64,000 nucleotides of DNA from Euprymna scolopes. Its lineage: Eukaryota. The position numbers and the translations under genes were made by a program. The notes beneath the pieces were generated by a model. The model worked only from the letters and a program-made list of their open reading frames with translations. It made no database searches and had not been told where the DNA came from. The DNA lies in NCBI GenBank assembly GCA_053919585.1, contig CM132807.1, one strand, 5' to 3'. This document shows, piece by piece, positions 14,201 to 28,700 of this stretch; within the stretch, counting starts at the first letter, position 1; every line of letters begins with the position of its first letter.

Positions 14201-17200
14201 TTACCACTGTAATGAGTAATGTCCATCGCCACCTGCTGTCACACCTTCTTGACGTCCAATCATCCTTTTCGCCATTGCTCTAGTGCAGGATCAATAGACT
14301 GACACGTCTCACAGTGCCTGACAATCTGCCTGACATCTGCCTTTGTCACTGCTAGGTCCACACGCCTCGCAAAATACACTGTTCTCTTGCTACCTGGATG
14401 TCCGCTCTGTGCATGAATCATCTGTATATGACATGGACTAATCGCGCCAATTGCAACTGCACGAGATTGAGCAGTGTGCTCCACACCCATCTTCACAGCT
14501 CCATACCATCTGTGAGGTACACGGGTTAGTTGGTCGGCACGATTACAATGTGATGTTACCAGCGTTACCCCTACTGATAGTCCATACTCAGAGATCAGAT
14601 TCTTCAGCATGTCTAGCCTTCACTGGATCAACATCTCGCTGGCTGCCTTAGTGCGGATTCTTGTCCATCCTGAAAGCGTGTCAGACACGCAGTGGTAGAC
14701 GCAGAGAGAATCTGTGTACAGGTGCAGTTTTGATTGCCATTGAAGTGCGAGATTTATTCCCTTTACAACAGCGTCCAGCTCTGCTAAGTTGATGTGCTGA
14801 GCATCACTCATGGGTCGCAGCCAACATGCGTCTTTAAACACATTCCCTCCTTGCTCTAATGCGACTCCCAATGCCAATGAACTAGCATCAACCCACACAT
14901 TTATGTGGTCTGCATCAACACACCATTTTCCACAGGTAGGGTCTTCCTTGTTGACTCTCTCCAGGGTCTCAGTTACCATCAGAGTTAGAAGAGCATCGTC
15001 AAGCACATCTTCCCAACCTGTGATTACCAAATTCGCTCTGCATTTGATAACACCCACAGCTACACGGAGCCAGCCACAGGCCGGTAAGTGTCCAACAAGT
15101 TTCCCACACCAGGAAAAAACGGTTCGCCTCGTAACAACGTCAGGGATGCCTGGAATCCCATTGCCATGCCTCTATCATAGGGTGCTGTCTTCCTCACAGA
15201 CGTCTAATCCCAATATGCACGCTCCATCCCTCAGATGTTCAGGATTCTTGCACTGCAGACCAAACTGAGCAGATTTTATGTCCTCATTGATGTACACATC
15301 GTCAATGTAGGCTGATGTTGCGTCCTCAATGGTCTTTTCTTGAGACAACACCACATTCAGAATGGTCTTCATGATCTGTGGTGCCACATTCAGCCCAAAG
15401 CCAAGTCGAGTAAGGCAGTATCTCTGACCCCGAAACCACACTGTCTGGAATGGCCACAGCGTCTTATCTACTCACACCTGCAAATAGGCCTTCCGCAAGT
15501 CTAATATTGACACATTGGAGCCCTTCTGGCGCCATTTCCTCAGTTTGCTGGTGCACACGTCAGCATTGGCTGTGTAAGCCTCAATGTACTGGTTGAGCTC
15601 ATAATCCAGCACTGGTCTTACTTTTGACTTGTTATGCTGGATAACTACCATTAAGGGTATCAGACCCTTGGGCGGACCAAGCTTCTTGGAGTAGGGGATC
15701 AGCCATCCATCTCGGATCCACACTTCAAGGTCTTGCTTGTACTCATCACAAGCCTCATCAGGTATAGGATAGTCTGCGATGTGATTCTTTAATTCAGTTG
15801 GTGCCCTTCCCTCGGTCCACTTCCATGATGCAGTCCAGGCCTGCTGGCCATAGTCATAGCCTACCTTAAAGTCAGGGTGATCGATGTGGATTGCAGCACA
15901 TACCAGGTTTTTTAAAAAGCGCACGCTCCCATCTCTTTCAATGATCACTCCCCCCAGTGCCTTGATAGCATCATAGCCCAGCAGTACGTCAAACCCAAGC
16001 AAATCCCCTCGCATCACCAGCACATTAATTTCCACGGCCACACCAGAGTTTGTGTGGACCTTCACGGTTCTGTCTCCACAGCATGCTTGTGTCTCGCCAC
16101 CTATTGTGGTGACTTTAATGTTCCTTTTAGTCCAGGTCCGACACAATCTGATACTCATGATGGTATGTGAGCAGCCGGAGTTGAGAAGAGATGAGCAGGG
16201 AACTCGCTTCACGTACACAGTTATCGTAGGTTGCGCGTCACTTAGATCTTATCTGGGGAGCAGGGTGGTGCAGACATCCTGCCCCCTGATGCATTTCCTG
16301 CACAGTTTTAGGCTAGGTGCCCTATGCCACCACATTGGAAGCAGTGCAGTCACCCCCGCCCTTTGTCAGTACAGCTTCTCGCAAAATGACATCGCTGACC
16401 ACAGCAGTAACATCTTCCATTAGTCATGAGGCTCAGACTGGGAATCTCCCTGGCTTCATACTGGGCTGCCTTTGTCACCATCACAACTGACTGATGATAG
16501 CCCGAGCGCATTCCATGAAGTGCTCCATAGGCGTTGCGGACATACTGGTAGAGGCTCTCAACAATTGCTTAACACGGGTGGGAAGGCTGGCCACAAATGC
16601 ATATGCCAATGTTTTCTTCGGCACTCCATTGCCAAACAGCACAGCAAGTTTCTTCAATTCCACAAAGAACACATCCATGGTTTCTCCCGGCATGCGCTTC
16701 CTGGAGGCGAATCTTTCATAAGCCGTGCAAGGATCCATTGTAAATGCCTTGCACAGCGTATTTTTTATAGCGGTCACATCAGCCTTCTCGTTGGCACTAA
16801 GTTGCTGATACACACTCAGAGCGTCCCCAGCCAATCTAAGGGGAATCACAGTGTGCACTCTCTTTACCTCACAGAGATTGCAGGTCAACTCGACCCTCTC
16901 AACCCATCAAACTCTGGAATCAGTTTCTGATCAAACTTTGAGTCAGTCATTTTTCACAGCAATAGCCGAGATAGCTTGCTTGTATCGAATTCAACTTCAA
17001 TCGTCATCAATGCTCGCAATAGCAACACAATAACCTCATGACTGTAAACGACACTGTCCCCTCCTCTCACTCAAGCTTGCTTTTTATGCAGTTTTTCACT
17101 CTGTCTCATTTGCGTGTGTGCCCTCTGTTTTCTCATAATCTCGCGATCTCGTGAGACCACAGTTTATAAAACACCAGGCGCCATCTTTTTTTCTCTTTTC

Positions 17201-20200
17201 CCACCCAACACTTCCCTGCGGCAAGTCCACCCCTCCACCGTCATGCCATCACTCGCATGCACATCCACACAATGCACAAATACGTGGACGCTTACTACTC
17301 TGGTGAGTATTACAACATCTACCGAAGGAATAGACAATTCATCAAACCAAAAAAAGCTCGATACTTGAGGGCAGATCTGACCAACCACATGCATCTAAAG
17401 TAAGTGCATCATAAAGGGAACCACACATCAGCAGTATCCCAAAACTACACACACACCCACACACACATTTCAGAGCAGGTCATTCCCAGACTTTAGTCAG
17501 AGGAAGGGGTCTGAGAGCCAGACATCACCTACACATACAATGCAGCCAACTAGTGAATTACATGCCAATGGATCCTGTATATCTACCCTCAAGCCGAGAA
17601 GATCTTGCAGATGCATAAAGGCTCCACAGAGACTAGACCTATAGAGCCCACTACACAATTACACTGATAATACTATATTCTCCCATGAACTGTAAATAAT
17701 AATAAAAATAATTAAAATAATATAAGCCTGTATTTTTTAGCTGTTCTTTTTTATCCATTTTGTATCATAACTATCCTATCGAATTAACCCCCCCCCCCAA
17801 CGACATATGTAAGGATATTTTATTTGAAAATGTACACTACAAACTATTAATAAATCTTGAAAAATCAAAGAATGTTCTTAAATATAAATCCACTTACGTG
17901 GTGTGGTAGTTTTCTGAGTAGATGTTATTGGAGATGCTGAAAAGAAATAAATGGTTAAAATTACAGTATTATTAGAGAAATTGTTTCAGGCATTATTTAT
18001 TAGTCATACAAAGTCAATTTTATGATAAAGTTAAAAATTAAATAATTTGATTAAAAAATTTCTTTTAATAATTTGTATGTTATATTTTTATCTATCTTTT
18101 CTTAATTCTGTAATTATTAGTACATTTATGTGAATATTATCGTTATGAGTACACTTACTTGTGACTATATTATTAAAAATAACATGAAATCAAATTTCAT
18201 TGAATGCTGATATTTTTAAGCATGATGCTTAAAAATATCAGCATTCAATGAAAAATAAACTAACTCACTAAACTAACAAAAGCATGAATTGAACACCACA
18301 TGCAGCCTTTAACTTAATATATTATTTGGTTTTATATCAAACTATTAATATATCTGCATTAATAACTTCTAATAAATGCATGGTCGTATATCAGGCTAAA
18401 TATATTTGTGTAAAATAACTTACTTGGTAAATGGAAACAAGCGTCGATTTTAACCCAGATCTTATAATTCTCTGGAGATTTTCCAGATTCAAGAATACTG
18501 GGTGATTCCAAAATGATCTTTATTGCTGTCGCCTTTTCACCATTATTAAATCGGAATATTCCACCAACATTGCTGCCGCCAAAAACTTTGTGGAATTTTG
18601 TTGAGCCTGGACGTTGTACAAGTATCGTGGCTTTATTGACATTGCCTAAGAGTTCAAGCTTGTTCAGTTCAACTCCTTCAGGGTCATTAGTCAGTTTAAT
18701 AGTGAGTGTTGGTTTCGGGTCAAATGGTTCAGTTGGAACTCGTACAATCCATCCTGGTTTATTAGGTCGGACATCGCTTACAAGACATTCAGGTGTGTAT
18801 GGTACTCCAGTAATGAATTCATCAGGGATGATGTTTATATCACTCATACCCTCAATAGGCTCACAGCGAACTGCAAATTGAATAAGAGAACAAATATATT
18901 AAATATTTAGCAATTTTATAATTAAACAAACAAAATAGACGTTACAGAACAGGTATTCTGATAGTTAATAATATTATGAATTCAACAGGTTTGAATTATT
19001 TATATTTTATCATGAATATTAAAATCACACACACACACATACACACACGCATTTGTTTTAACAAAATTAATACAAAGTAATATTTCCTTGTTAAAAGCAT
19101 TTGAGCAATATAAGTGTTAATAAAGCCAAACAAATGCGTTTCTTTTAAATAAATGAACATATTGTTTATTTAATTACAATTTTTCGGTTTTCAAAGAAAC
19201 CTTTTTCAAGTAGGGATATTTGAAGTTTTTTTTCTTTTTCTTCAAACAAAGTCGAAAAAAATACAAGTTAAAAAGGTTTCTTAGAAACCGAAAATTTGTA
19301 ATTAAATAAACAATATGTACATTTACTGAAAAAAAAAAAAGACGCATTCATTCGGTTTTATTAACATTTTAATATTTAAAATAAATATTGATATCAGCAT
19401 TGCAAAAATGAAATGAATGAAAGCATAGAAGCATAGAAGTCATTGGAAGGCAATTAAAAAATAACTTCATTTAAATTTTCTGAAATAAAATATCCTCTTC
19501 AGAAATGTTTAAAAAATTTTTTTTTTTAATTTTCATTATTGGTTGCTAACACGCTTTAATACTTAAAAACATAGCGTCTGCAAACAAGGCCAATAATAAA
19601 TAATTTTCTTTTTGAGAAACATTGTTACGTAAGTGTAGTAAGATCTTCCAATGCAATGTTAAAATTTCATTTCAATTTTCAGGAATAAAATCTTCTCTTC
19701 AGCATTGATCTTGTCTTTAGTTGTGGGTGCTGGCTGTGAGATCTTATTGTAATGTATTTTGTGTTGTTTTATCACCTCGTCTATCACTGATTTCCTCAAT
19801 TTATGCAGGGTTCATATTTTTACAGTGTTACAGCCTTATAAAATTCATCTTTAACCGAGTTTTAGTTAATTTAATAAACATTTTGTCAGATTTTATTTTC
19901 ATTTTGTAATAGAATATTGTATAGGTAATTTATGGACAAAAAGATTTATTTTAAATAAATAAAACGTACATACGGATATTTTATTTGGAATAGTACAATA
20001 CAAGCTATCAATTAATTATGAAAAATAAAAACAATATTCTTAAATATAAATCCACTTACATGGTGTGGTAGTTTTCTGAGTAGATGTTATTGGAGATGCT
20101 GAAGAGGAATATAGAGTTAAAATTATCGCATTATTAAAGAAATTGTTTCAAACACTTTTTAGTCATAGAAATTCAAATACTACATGGTTCATTATTTTTT

Positions 20201-23200
20201 AAGTTTCTGTAAAATAATTTTATGATAGAGTAAAAAATTATATAATTTGAATAAAAAACTTCTTTTAATAATTTGTATGTCATATTTTTATCTATCTTTT
20301 CTTAATTCTATAATTATATATTTCATTACATTTTCACCCCAAACAAGGCACAGTGCCACTTTGATGTAGAGGCTACTATCAGTGATCTAAGTTGCAGGGA
20401 TACTATGTAGGCAGTTGAGCAACAAGATGTCTGTTCACCTTACACTTAAACTTCTGCATGTCAGTACAGTTGGGAAAGCTAGGACTCTGGAGGGGTTCCA
20501 AATTCTAGCAGTTCTGGAGAAGAAACTGTTAGAAGGCTTTCTTACATTTAGGGATCTCTACTATATAGAGGTGGGACTTGGCTGTTTGTTGACCGTATTT
20601 ACATCAAGGAAGTGCAAGGGCTTGTAGTTCGTCGGAGCATCCACCATCGCAATACTTGTAGAACAGGCAGAGAGATGCAACATTTCGTTGATGGGACAGA
20701 CGTTGAAGCTTTGATGATAGTTCAGGTTGGCGACTCTCTTTGGAACCCTGTCCAGGAGTGAGAGACTAGTAGCAGATGCACCAGCCCAAATGTGACAAAA
20801 ATATGCCGTACATGGGCAAATGGTGGCCTTGTAGAGGTACAGGATACTTTCAGGTGTAAGTAACTTTCTAGCACGGTAGAGAGACACCACCTTCGTCGCA
20901 GCAGCCTTGACAATTCTCTCAATGTATCTGTTCTAACTCATGTCCCCTGTGAATATTAAGTCAAGACGTTTGAAAGAAGTACTTTCAGGTAATGTATCTC
21001 TAGCCGTAGCTACTGGTGGTAGAGAAGTTGTCTTGTAATTATTGAAGGAAACAAGCGTAGTCTTGGCAGCATTAAATGTGACCAGCCATTTTTGTTCATA
21101 TTCTACCACAGATTGGAGGTCTTCCTCTAATGTCTCTGCCATTTCCTTAGATATGTGTTCATTCATTTTCCTCTCATGCCTGTTATAGAGCATGGTGTCG
21201 TCAGCAAATATACCCATTTCAGAGACAATTTTATCAGGGAGTTCATTTATGAATATTAGGAATAATAAAGGTCCAAGGATCGATCTCTGAGGTACACCTG
21301 CATTTATATCACATTGTTTAGATGTATGACCACCGAGGATTCTTCTCTTATTTAGGAAGGATTTAATTATGTTAAGTATTCGTCCAGTGACACCATATGA
21401 TCTGATCTGAGATTTTCACTAAATATATTAATTGGTACTTATATCAAACTAAATATATTTGTGTAAAATAACTTACTTGGTAAATGGAAACAAGCGTCGA
21501 TTTTAACCCAGATCTTATAATTCTCTGGAGATTTTCCAGATTCGAGAACACGGGGTGATTCCAAAATGATCTTTACTGCTGTCGCCTTTTCACCATTATT
21601 AAATCGGAATATTCCACCAACATTGCTGCCACCAAAAACTTTGTGGAATTTTGTTGAGCCTGGACGTTGTACAAGTATCGTGGCTTTATTGACATTGCCT
21701 AAGAGTTCAAGCTTGTTCAGTTCAACTCCTTCAGGGTCATTAGTCAGTTTAATAGTGAGTGTTGGTTTCGGGTCAAATGGTTCAGTTGGAACTCGTACAA
21801 TCCATCCAGGTTTATTAGGTCGGACATCGCTTACAAGACATTCAGGTGTGTATGGTACTCCAGTAATGAATTCATCAGGGATGATGTTTATATCACTCAT
21901 ACCCTCAATAGACTCACAGCGAACTGCAAATTGAATAAGAGAACAAATATATTAAACATTTAGCAATATTTTAATTAAACTAACAGAATAGATGTTACAG
22001 AACAGATATTCTGATATCATAGTTAATAATATTATGAATGTATCAGATTGAACAGTTTTTAAATTTTTTAATGTCCTCTTATGTATATTAAAATATGCGT
22101 GTGTATGTGAAAATGTTTTTGATAAATGTGGAGAGTACTTATTTATTTTCATTAAATTTGACAATAAAAAATTTTAGGAAAATTTGCACAAGGCCCAAAA
22201 TGGGGGGAAGAGGAGTAATGCTAACTAATCTAACCTAGTTAGTTCCTACTTTCACTCTACTTTCACCACAATACTGCATTCATACTATACATCCATCAGC
22301 GTATACATTCTTCATTGATCACCATAAAAACAACATACAATGAGAATCTTCTTAAATCCATATAAGAAAATATGCAACGGGGGGGGGGGCGCATAAAAAT
22401 ATTGTATGCAAAAATAAAATAATATGTACACAGGCAGAAACTTAAAAACTTGACTAAACCTAACTTGTCATATAATTTTGTCATATTTATTACTGGGTAT
22501 CAATATCCTTTCGCCTAAGGCATGTCCAAATACCAGTCAATTCTTGCTCCACTTGCACTGTAGACATGTACGACAGTTACCCACCTTTCAGTAAAGTTTA
22601 ATGAAGAGAGTCTAACCCTGTCAGCCTTAATGCAAACTTTCAAAGAATAACGGAAAATTTGAACAAGACTGAGAAGAAAGAAGGCATCGCCTCTGTAGAC
22701 CACTTTCATATGAGTCGACCAAATCACATTCTTCTTGCAATGCCTAGTAAGTTCGAGATTAAATATTTTTGATCTTATCATTGGTCGGTACCTAACTGCT
22801 ACAGACATTAATAGGTTCCAGTGTGATAGATGACACATTCAGTATGCAGACCATGAGATCTGTAATAAACTCAATCAATGGCGCTACAATGTGGTAGTAT
22901 AAGAAGACATGACATAAAGTCTCGTCTTCATCACCGCAATGCTTACGCAAGGACAAATCCACCAATCCAGCTGATTGAAGTCTTTTACCGACTCAGAGTG
23001 CATCCCTGATTACTAGCCAGGTCAGGGAAGCCTCGTCGTTGTCGAGAAAACCTGACCAGGCACCCAAGGTCATATGTTTTTTTAAACAAAATAATATTAA
23101 TATGGAATCATAAATTTTGCTTTTGAAAAACTCAAAAGCTTGTATGAAAAGCCTAAAAGAAGCCAAGATTAAAAAAGGATATTCCATGGTGTCATGAGGA

Positions 23201-25649
23201 TCAATGAAGAAATATTAAATTCACAATCGTAAAATCCAAGGAAATGAAAAATAGTATAATCCAAATGAAGAGTTTTTAATGTTCAAATGTATGCATATGA
23301 GGCAATCCATAAAACATGATGAGGTAAAATTCATTGCAGATTGTAATATTCCAACAAGCGTACTGTACAAAAGAATTTTCAGAAAACCAGATGTAAATGT
23401 CTCGGTTATGGTGACCTCAATTAACCTAATTACCAATTCCATTTAGACTAGGTAAGTTTTTATATTTCATTCATGTTTTTGATGGGACCATGCAGAGTTT
23501 TTTCTCTCTTGTATTAGTCTATTGTCTATTATAATTTTAATATTTTATTTAATATACCAATTTTAAAGTATAATAGCATTAGAAATGTTTCAGTAAATTT
23601 TAATATAACAAACTTTACAGAAAATTCAGCTATCATTATACAGCATAGATATAGTTAGCTCTTTATCAAAAGGAGTCAGATAAAGACCCGTCGCATGCTT
23701 GACAAGCATAACTTCCCATTAGTTTTTTTCTTGTTTTCCTTTTCTCTTTCCTTCCGATCTCTGCGCCCATATATACATACTGCACTGTGGCATCATGCTC
23801 ATGTCACAGCTTAAAATTCTGACCGGCACGTTATTTTAATGGTGAAATCTGGTTACGTTACAATTGTACATGAAAATATATCTTAGTCAATAAATCTGTC
23901 ATCATTCATCCTTGAATCTCAATTAAAAAATGTTTTTATTTTAGTAAAATATTACAAAGACAAGACAATAAAGAAGATATATTTGCTTACATTTTATTGG
24001 GACATTGTCTTAACATTTTGAAAAAAATAATTCTTATATATGATACTAAGAATTATATATATTTTAATCTAATGTCTTAATATGTGAATCCTTAAATCAT
24101 CAATAAATTTGTTTCTCACCTGGTGTTGTTGTAGTACGTCCTGATGTTGTGGTCATTTCAGTGGTCACTGTTAGTTGAAAAAAAAAGAGCTTGTTAGATT
24201 TGTTTGAAAGATTATATTATAGAAATTACCTATTAATGAGAAAGTAGTGGGGTCGAAGTCTATTGGATATATATATAGTGGATATTACAGATATAAGTAA
24301 ATATGTGGAGTGGATATCGTTTATTCTAATTAATTATTGGTATGTGATTGTCTTGAATTGCCTATTAGTAGTATACAAATGACTATTAGCAATGTTTGAA
24401 TCGTGTCAAACCCAAAACACAATTTTCACTAGAGATATTGTGAACCCTCATGTAGTTCCATTGTACGTAGGCCATTCTATTGAAGTAATCCATGCCGTTA
24501 AAATATTAGAATATAAAAATCTTGTAATTTTCCAAATCAAACTAATGACGTTTTTAAATTTAGTAAACAGATATGAATGAAATTTAATTATATAGTTATA
24601 TATAAATGCATAAATTTATTCCTGCAAATAAGGTCATTATAACCAGACTATAAAAATCTTATTAACGAATTAATCCCCTATGTTTTACCTGTAGTAATCA
24701 ATGGTGTTGTTGTTGTTGTTGCAGTTCCTGTTGAAGTGGATCCGGTGGTCGGTCCTGGTACTAAAAGGAAAGTAGATTGATGTATTAAACTAGTTAAAAA
24801 ACAAAACAAAAACAAACAAAAAAACATATGTGCATGTAAAATAAATATTCTCACTGAACAAAATAAAGAGAAATAAATTTTGAATTATAAAAGCCAAAAT
24901 TGTATCGCTGTATACATACAATAATATGTGAAATTGATAGCACAAAGGGCCAGATAATACAAATGTTAGGGGTTTTAGAATGTGAATAATTCATTTTTGC
25001 AATTTGTTTTTGGATGTAGGGTTTACTTTAAGGTTAAATAAGATGTCAAATGTAAGAGGAATAATTTTTTATCATATTACCATTGTTATAAAGATGCACG
25101 AACTTGCTGAATAATCCAAAGAAATTGCGAGGAATTGCTTCATATGCTTTTCTTGAAATATTTAGTTCATTAAATAACATAATAGAAATAGACCAATATA
25201 GGAAAATAAAAATGCATGTAAATTCTTCTTCCTTATTTCATCCTGCATCATAGCACATATGTTATTTTGTTTCTCAATTTGCTATCGTTGTGTGTGTGTG
25301 ATCGAAGTATATATCAACGATTTTTTTAGTGAGGCATGTTGAACCAACAATTTTTTCATCATTCTCTTGGTAACTGACCCCCAACTGTCAGCTTATACAT
25401 CATCTTGGCAAGACTGTCTTTCGCTCGCAGGACACAAACATACCATCTTAGTCAAGATTCATGGAACTTGTTGGTGATGGGTGTCACTCTATATCAATGG
25501 CGAATACTGTCATTGGTGATGCCATTGACTAATGTAATGCCTGATATCCAATGCAGCATCTTTATCTCTGTAATACTGACACAGATCTTATATCCTTTGT
25601 GATTGGCTAACATTTAGAACCATAAATTGCAACTGGTCGAATGACTGAG

Positions 25650-25712
<63 letters not shown>

Positions 25713-28700
25713 TAATCAGCCACTGATCTTCTTATTGCACATCATTGAACTTATGCATGTACACTCCAGTCAGACTGCATTCATGCATGCTATGACCCCA
25801 GACTTCTGTCAGCAGCAATTCTTGACTCCAGATACTTGAAGATATCTGTTCATAGAAGCTTGGTATTGTTGACAGTAATAGAATCCTACACTCTTTCTTC
25901 AGTTGTTAAATACCCGATTTTATTGCTGTTGAGTTGTAGACCAAATTGTGCAAGTCCCATGTCTGCACCTTATGTTGGAGATATTGTGTTGGGATCAACA
26001 TGAAATCCTCTGCATGGAGAAGTGGTTCTCGTTGCAGATCCAGAATTATTGTGTTCATAACCAAAACAAATAATATAACAAGAATAATAGTTATATGTAT
26101 TATAAAATATGAATAACGCTTATATGTAGTATAGGAGAAAATATGGATAAAATACTAAAACAGCATCTAAATATGACATCAAAATATTTGTCCTCTATAA
26201 AACTAGAATACTATACTAATACATGGTTTATACTATGATAATGACCTCGTGATCTTCATGAAAGAAAATAAATTTGAGATTCTAATCAGTTTCTCAATCA
26301 TTAATAAAATCTGCCTAGAACTGGTCAAGCAAAAGAGAAACCCAAATTCCAAACGGATATTTAGTATATACTATTTTTTCTTACTAATATAAATTTTTAT
26401 TTTGGGTTCTGTTTGAAATATATCATTCAAATACAATATTTAAAAAAATGAATCAAAATTAAATTTCTATTCTATAAAAGTACTAGAGTAAAAAGTAAAA
26501 AGTTGTTTCAGGTTTACTTCCAACAGCCTCGTAACTCTCACTTCTCTTATTTTGTCCTGTAGCCTTCACATTCCATGAACAATATTTCTGACAAAGGGGG
26601 AAGGATTGCTGTTTTCTAGGTACGAATCTATCCATCTAACACTTACCGTTGGTTAGTGTTTTTTTTTAACCTTAATGTGGTATGTTTTTAGCTCCTTACA
26701 CATCAAGTGGCTTCATACTCTGTCTGGAGTGATTTCCACAAAACGAAATTAAATGACAGAAAATGAATAAAAGTGAAAATCTATTTTAGCATCTATACAT
26801 ATCGTAGGTTGAACCCCAATCTGAAAACTTAAAAAGTTATTTATGTTTTAAAACATTTTGTGTATAATCTGATTTTCTAATTATAAATAATATCCTATAC
26901 AAATTATTCAATAAATTAATTATATAAAAAAATAAATAAACATTTAATTTAGGTTTACTTGATTTGAAATTGGGCAAAGAATATCATGAAACAGTGTTTG
27001 TTGGCACTTTTTTTAAATGTCCACAAATATAAATAAATTTACCTGTTGTGGTAGTTTTCTTTGTAGATGTTGTTATTGGAGATGCTGAAAAAGAAATATA
27101 TAGTTACAATAGCAACGTTATTGGAGAAATTGTTCAATCTATGCTAAACAATGCATCTTCTTTTTTGAGAATATTTAAACATTTATATCATTTGTGAGTA
27201 ATTTCGGTAATTTCGTTTATACATCCAATATGTTAAAAAGATATAAAATATTAGCATTCAGAGATAACTTGCTAGAACAATAATGAGTTTGATAAACAAA
27301 TAAAATAATTGAAAATAATTTTGTTGGAAATTGCATGTATCACTATTTAAAGATAAAACAATTATTAAAGGCATATCATAGCCGATATACTGACAATATA
27401 ATCATTGCACTTTAAGGAGTTATCACAATATATTTAGAAAGCATTTTTTACTTGTTAGGTTCGTACAGGGGAAGTTAGAATAAATAGTACAGCTATTATA
27501 GCGATATTCTTATTTAAACCATATAATAATAATGTAATAAATAGTAAATGTAAGATACCGGGTTATTTTCATGACAAATCTGTCCATGATATGAATGATA
27601 TTAATATATAAAATAGGGACAATAAGGCTAAAATACTCAGTATAAGTTATCTGAAATCTCCTTACTTGGCAAATGGAAACATGCTTCAACATCCAAGTTT
27701 ACTTTGTAGTTTGGATTCTGATCATCTTCTTTTTCTTCCAAAATCACCTTGATTGCAGTTACTTTGTCAAAGGTGGTTGAGATGAATGGTCCAGTGATTT
27801 CGGTGGCACCAGGAAGTGGTTCGAAATTTTCAGATCCTGGCCGTTGTACAAGAATTGTGATTTTCTTTGCATTACCGCTAACATCAACCTTGATCAGTTC
27901 CACCCCTTCAGAGTCATCGGTCAGTTTAACTGTAATGCTGGGTTTCGGATTGTTGGGGTCAGTTGGTGCTGGTACAATCCATCCAGGGCCTTCAGGTCTC
28001 ACATCACTTACAGGAGAGTTTGGTGTGTCTGGTGTTCCTCTAATGTATTCATCAGGGATGAGGCTTTTATCATTCATACCCTTAGAGGATTCACATTGAA
28101 CTGTAATTAGAACAAAAACAAAACAATAATGAAAAGTTCATTAAACAATTTTACATAAAAATAATAATTGATCCAAAAATTTAGGCCTTAACCTCACTTA
28201 AAGATATTTTTTTCATTTGCCAAAGTATTATATAGGCAAAAAGTGAATATGATATATTTCACTCGGATAATTTATACCTTTGCAAATTACATTGTTTTAA
28301 CAATCTTAATAATTCTTATACAGGATGCTAAAAATGATATTTATTTCAAACTATTGATTTAATATGTAAATCCTTAAATTATAAATTAATTAGTTTCTCA
28401 TTTGATGTTGAAGTATATCCTGATGTGGTGATTTTAGGCATCACTGTTAGAAGAAAAGTTTTCTAAACAAAATTTTCTGAAAATAATATAGAAAACATCT
28501 ATAAATTGGGAGGTGTCACTGACTGAATAGATACTATTTGCATATTAGAGTATATTGTATATTAGGTGTTACTAATATGAAATATTGATATGAATTTTTG
28601 ACTTTTGAATTAATAATTTGTATTATTTGGAATATTCAGATCATTATTTTTATATTTGTTGCTATATTCACGAGATTTTGCTCGATGTAATGGTCGTCTT

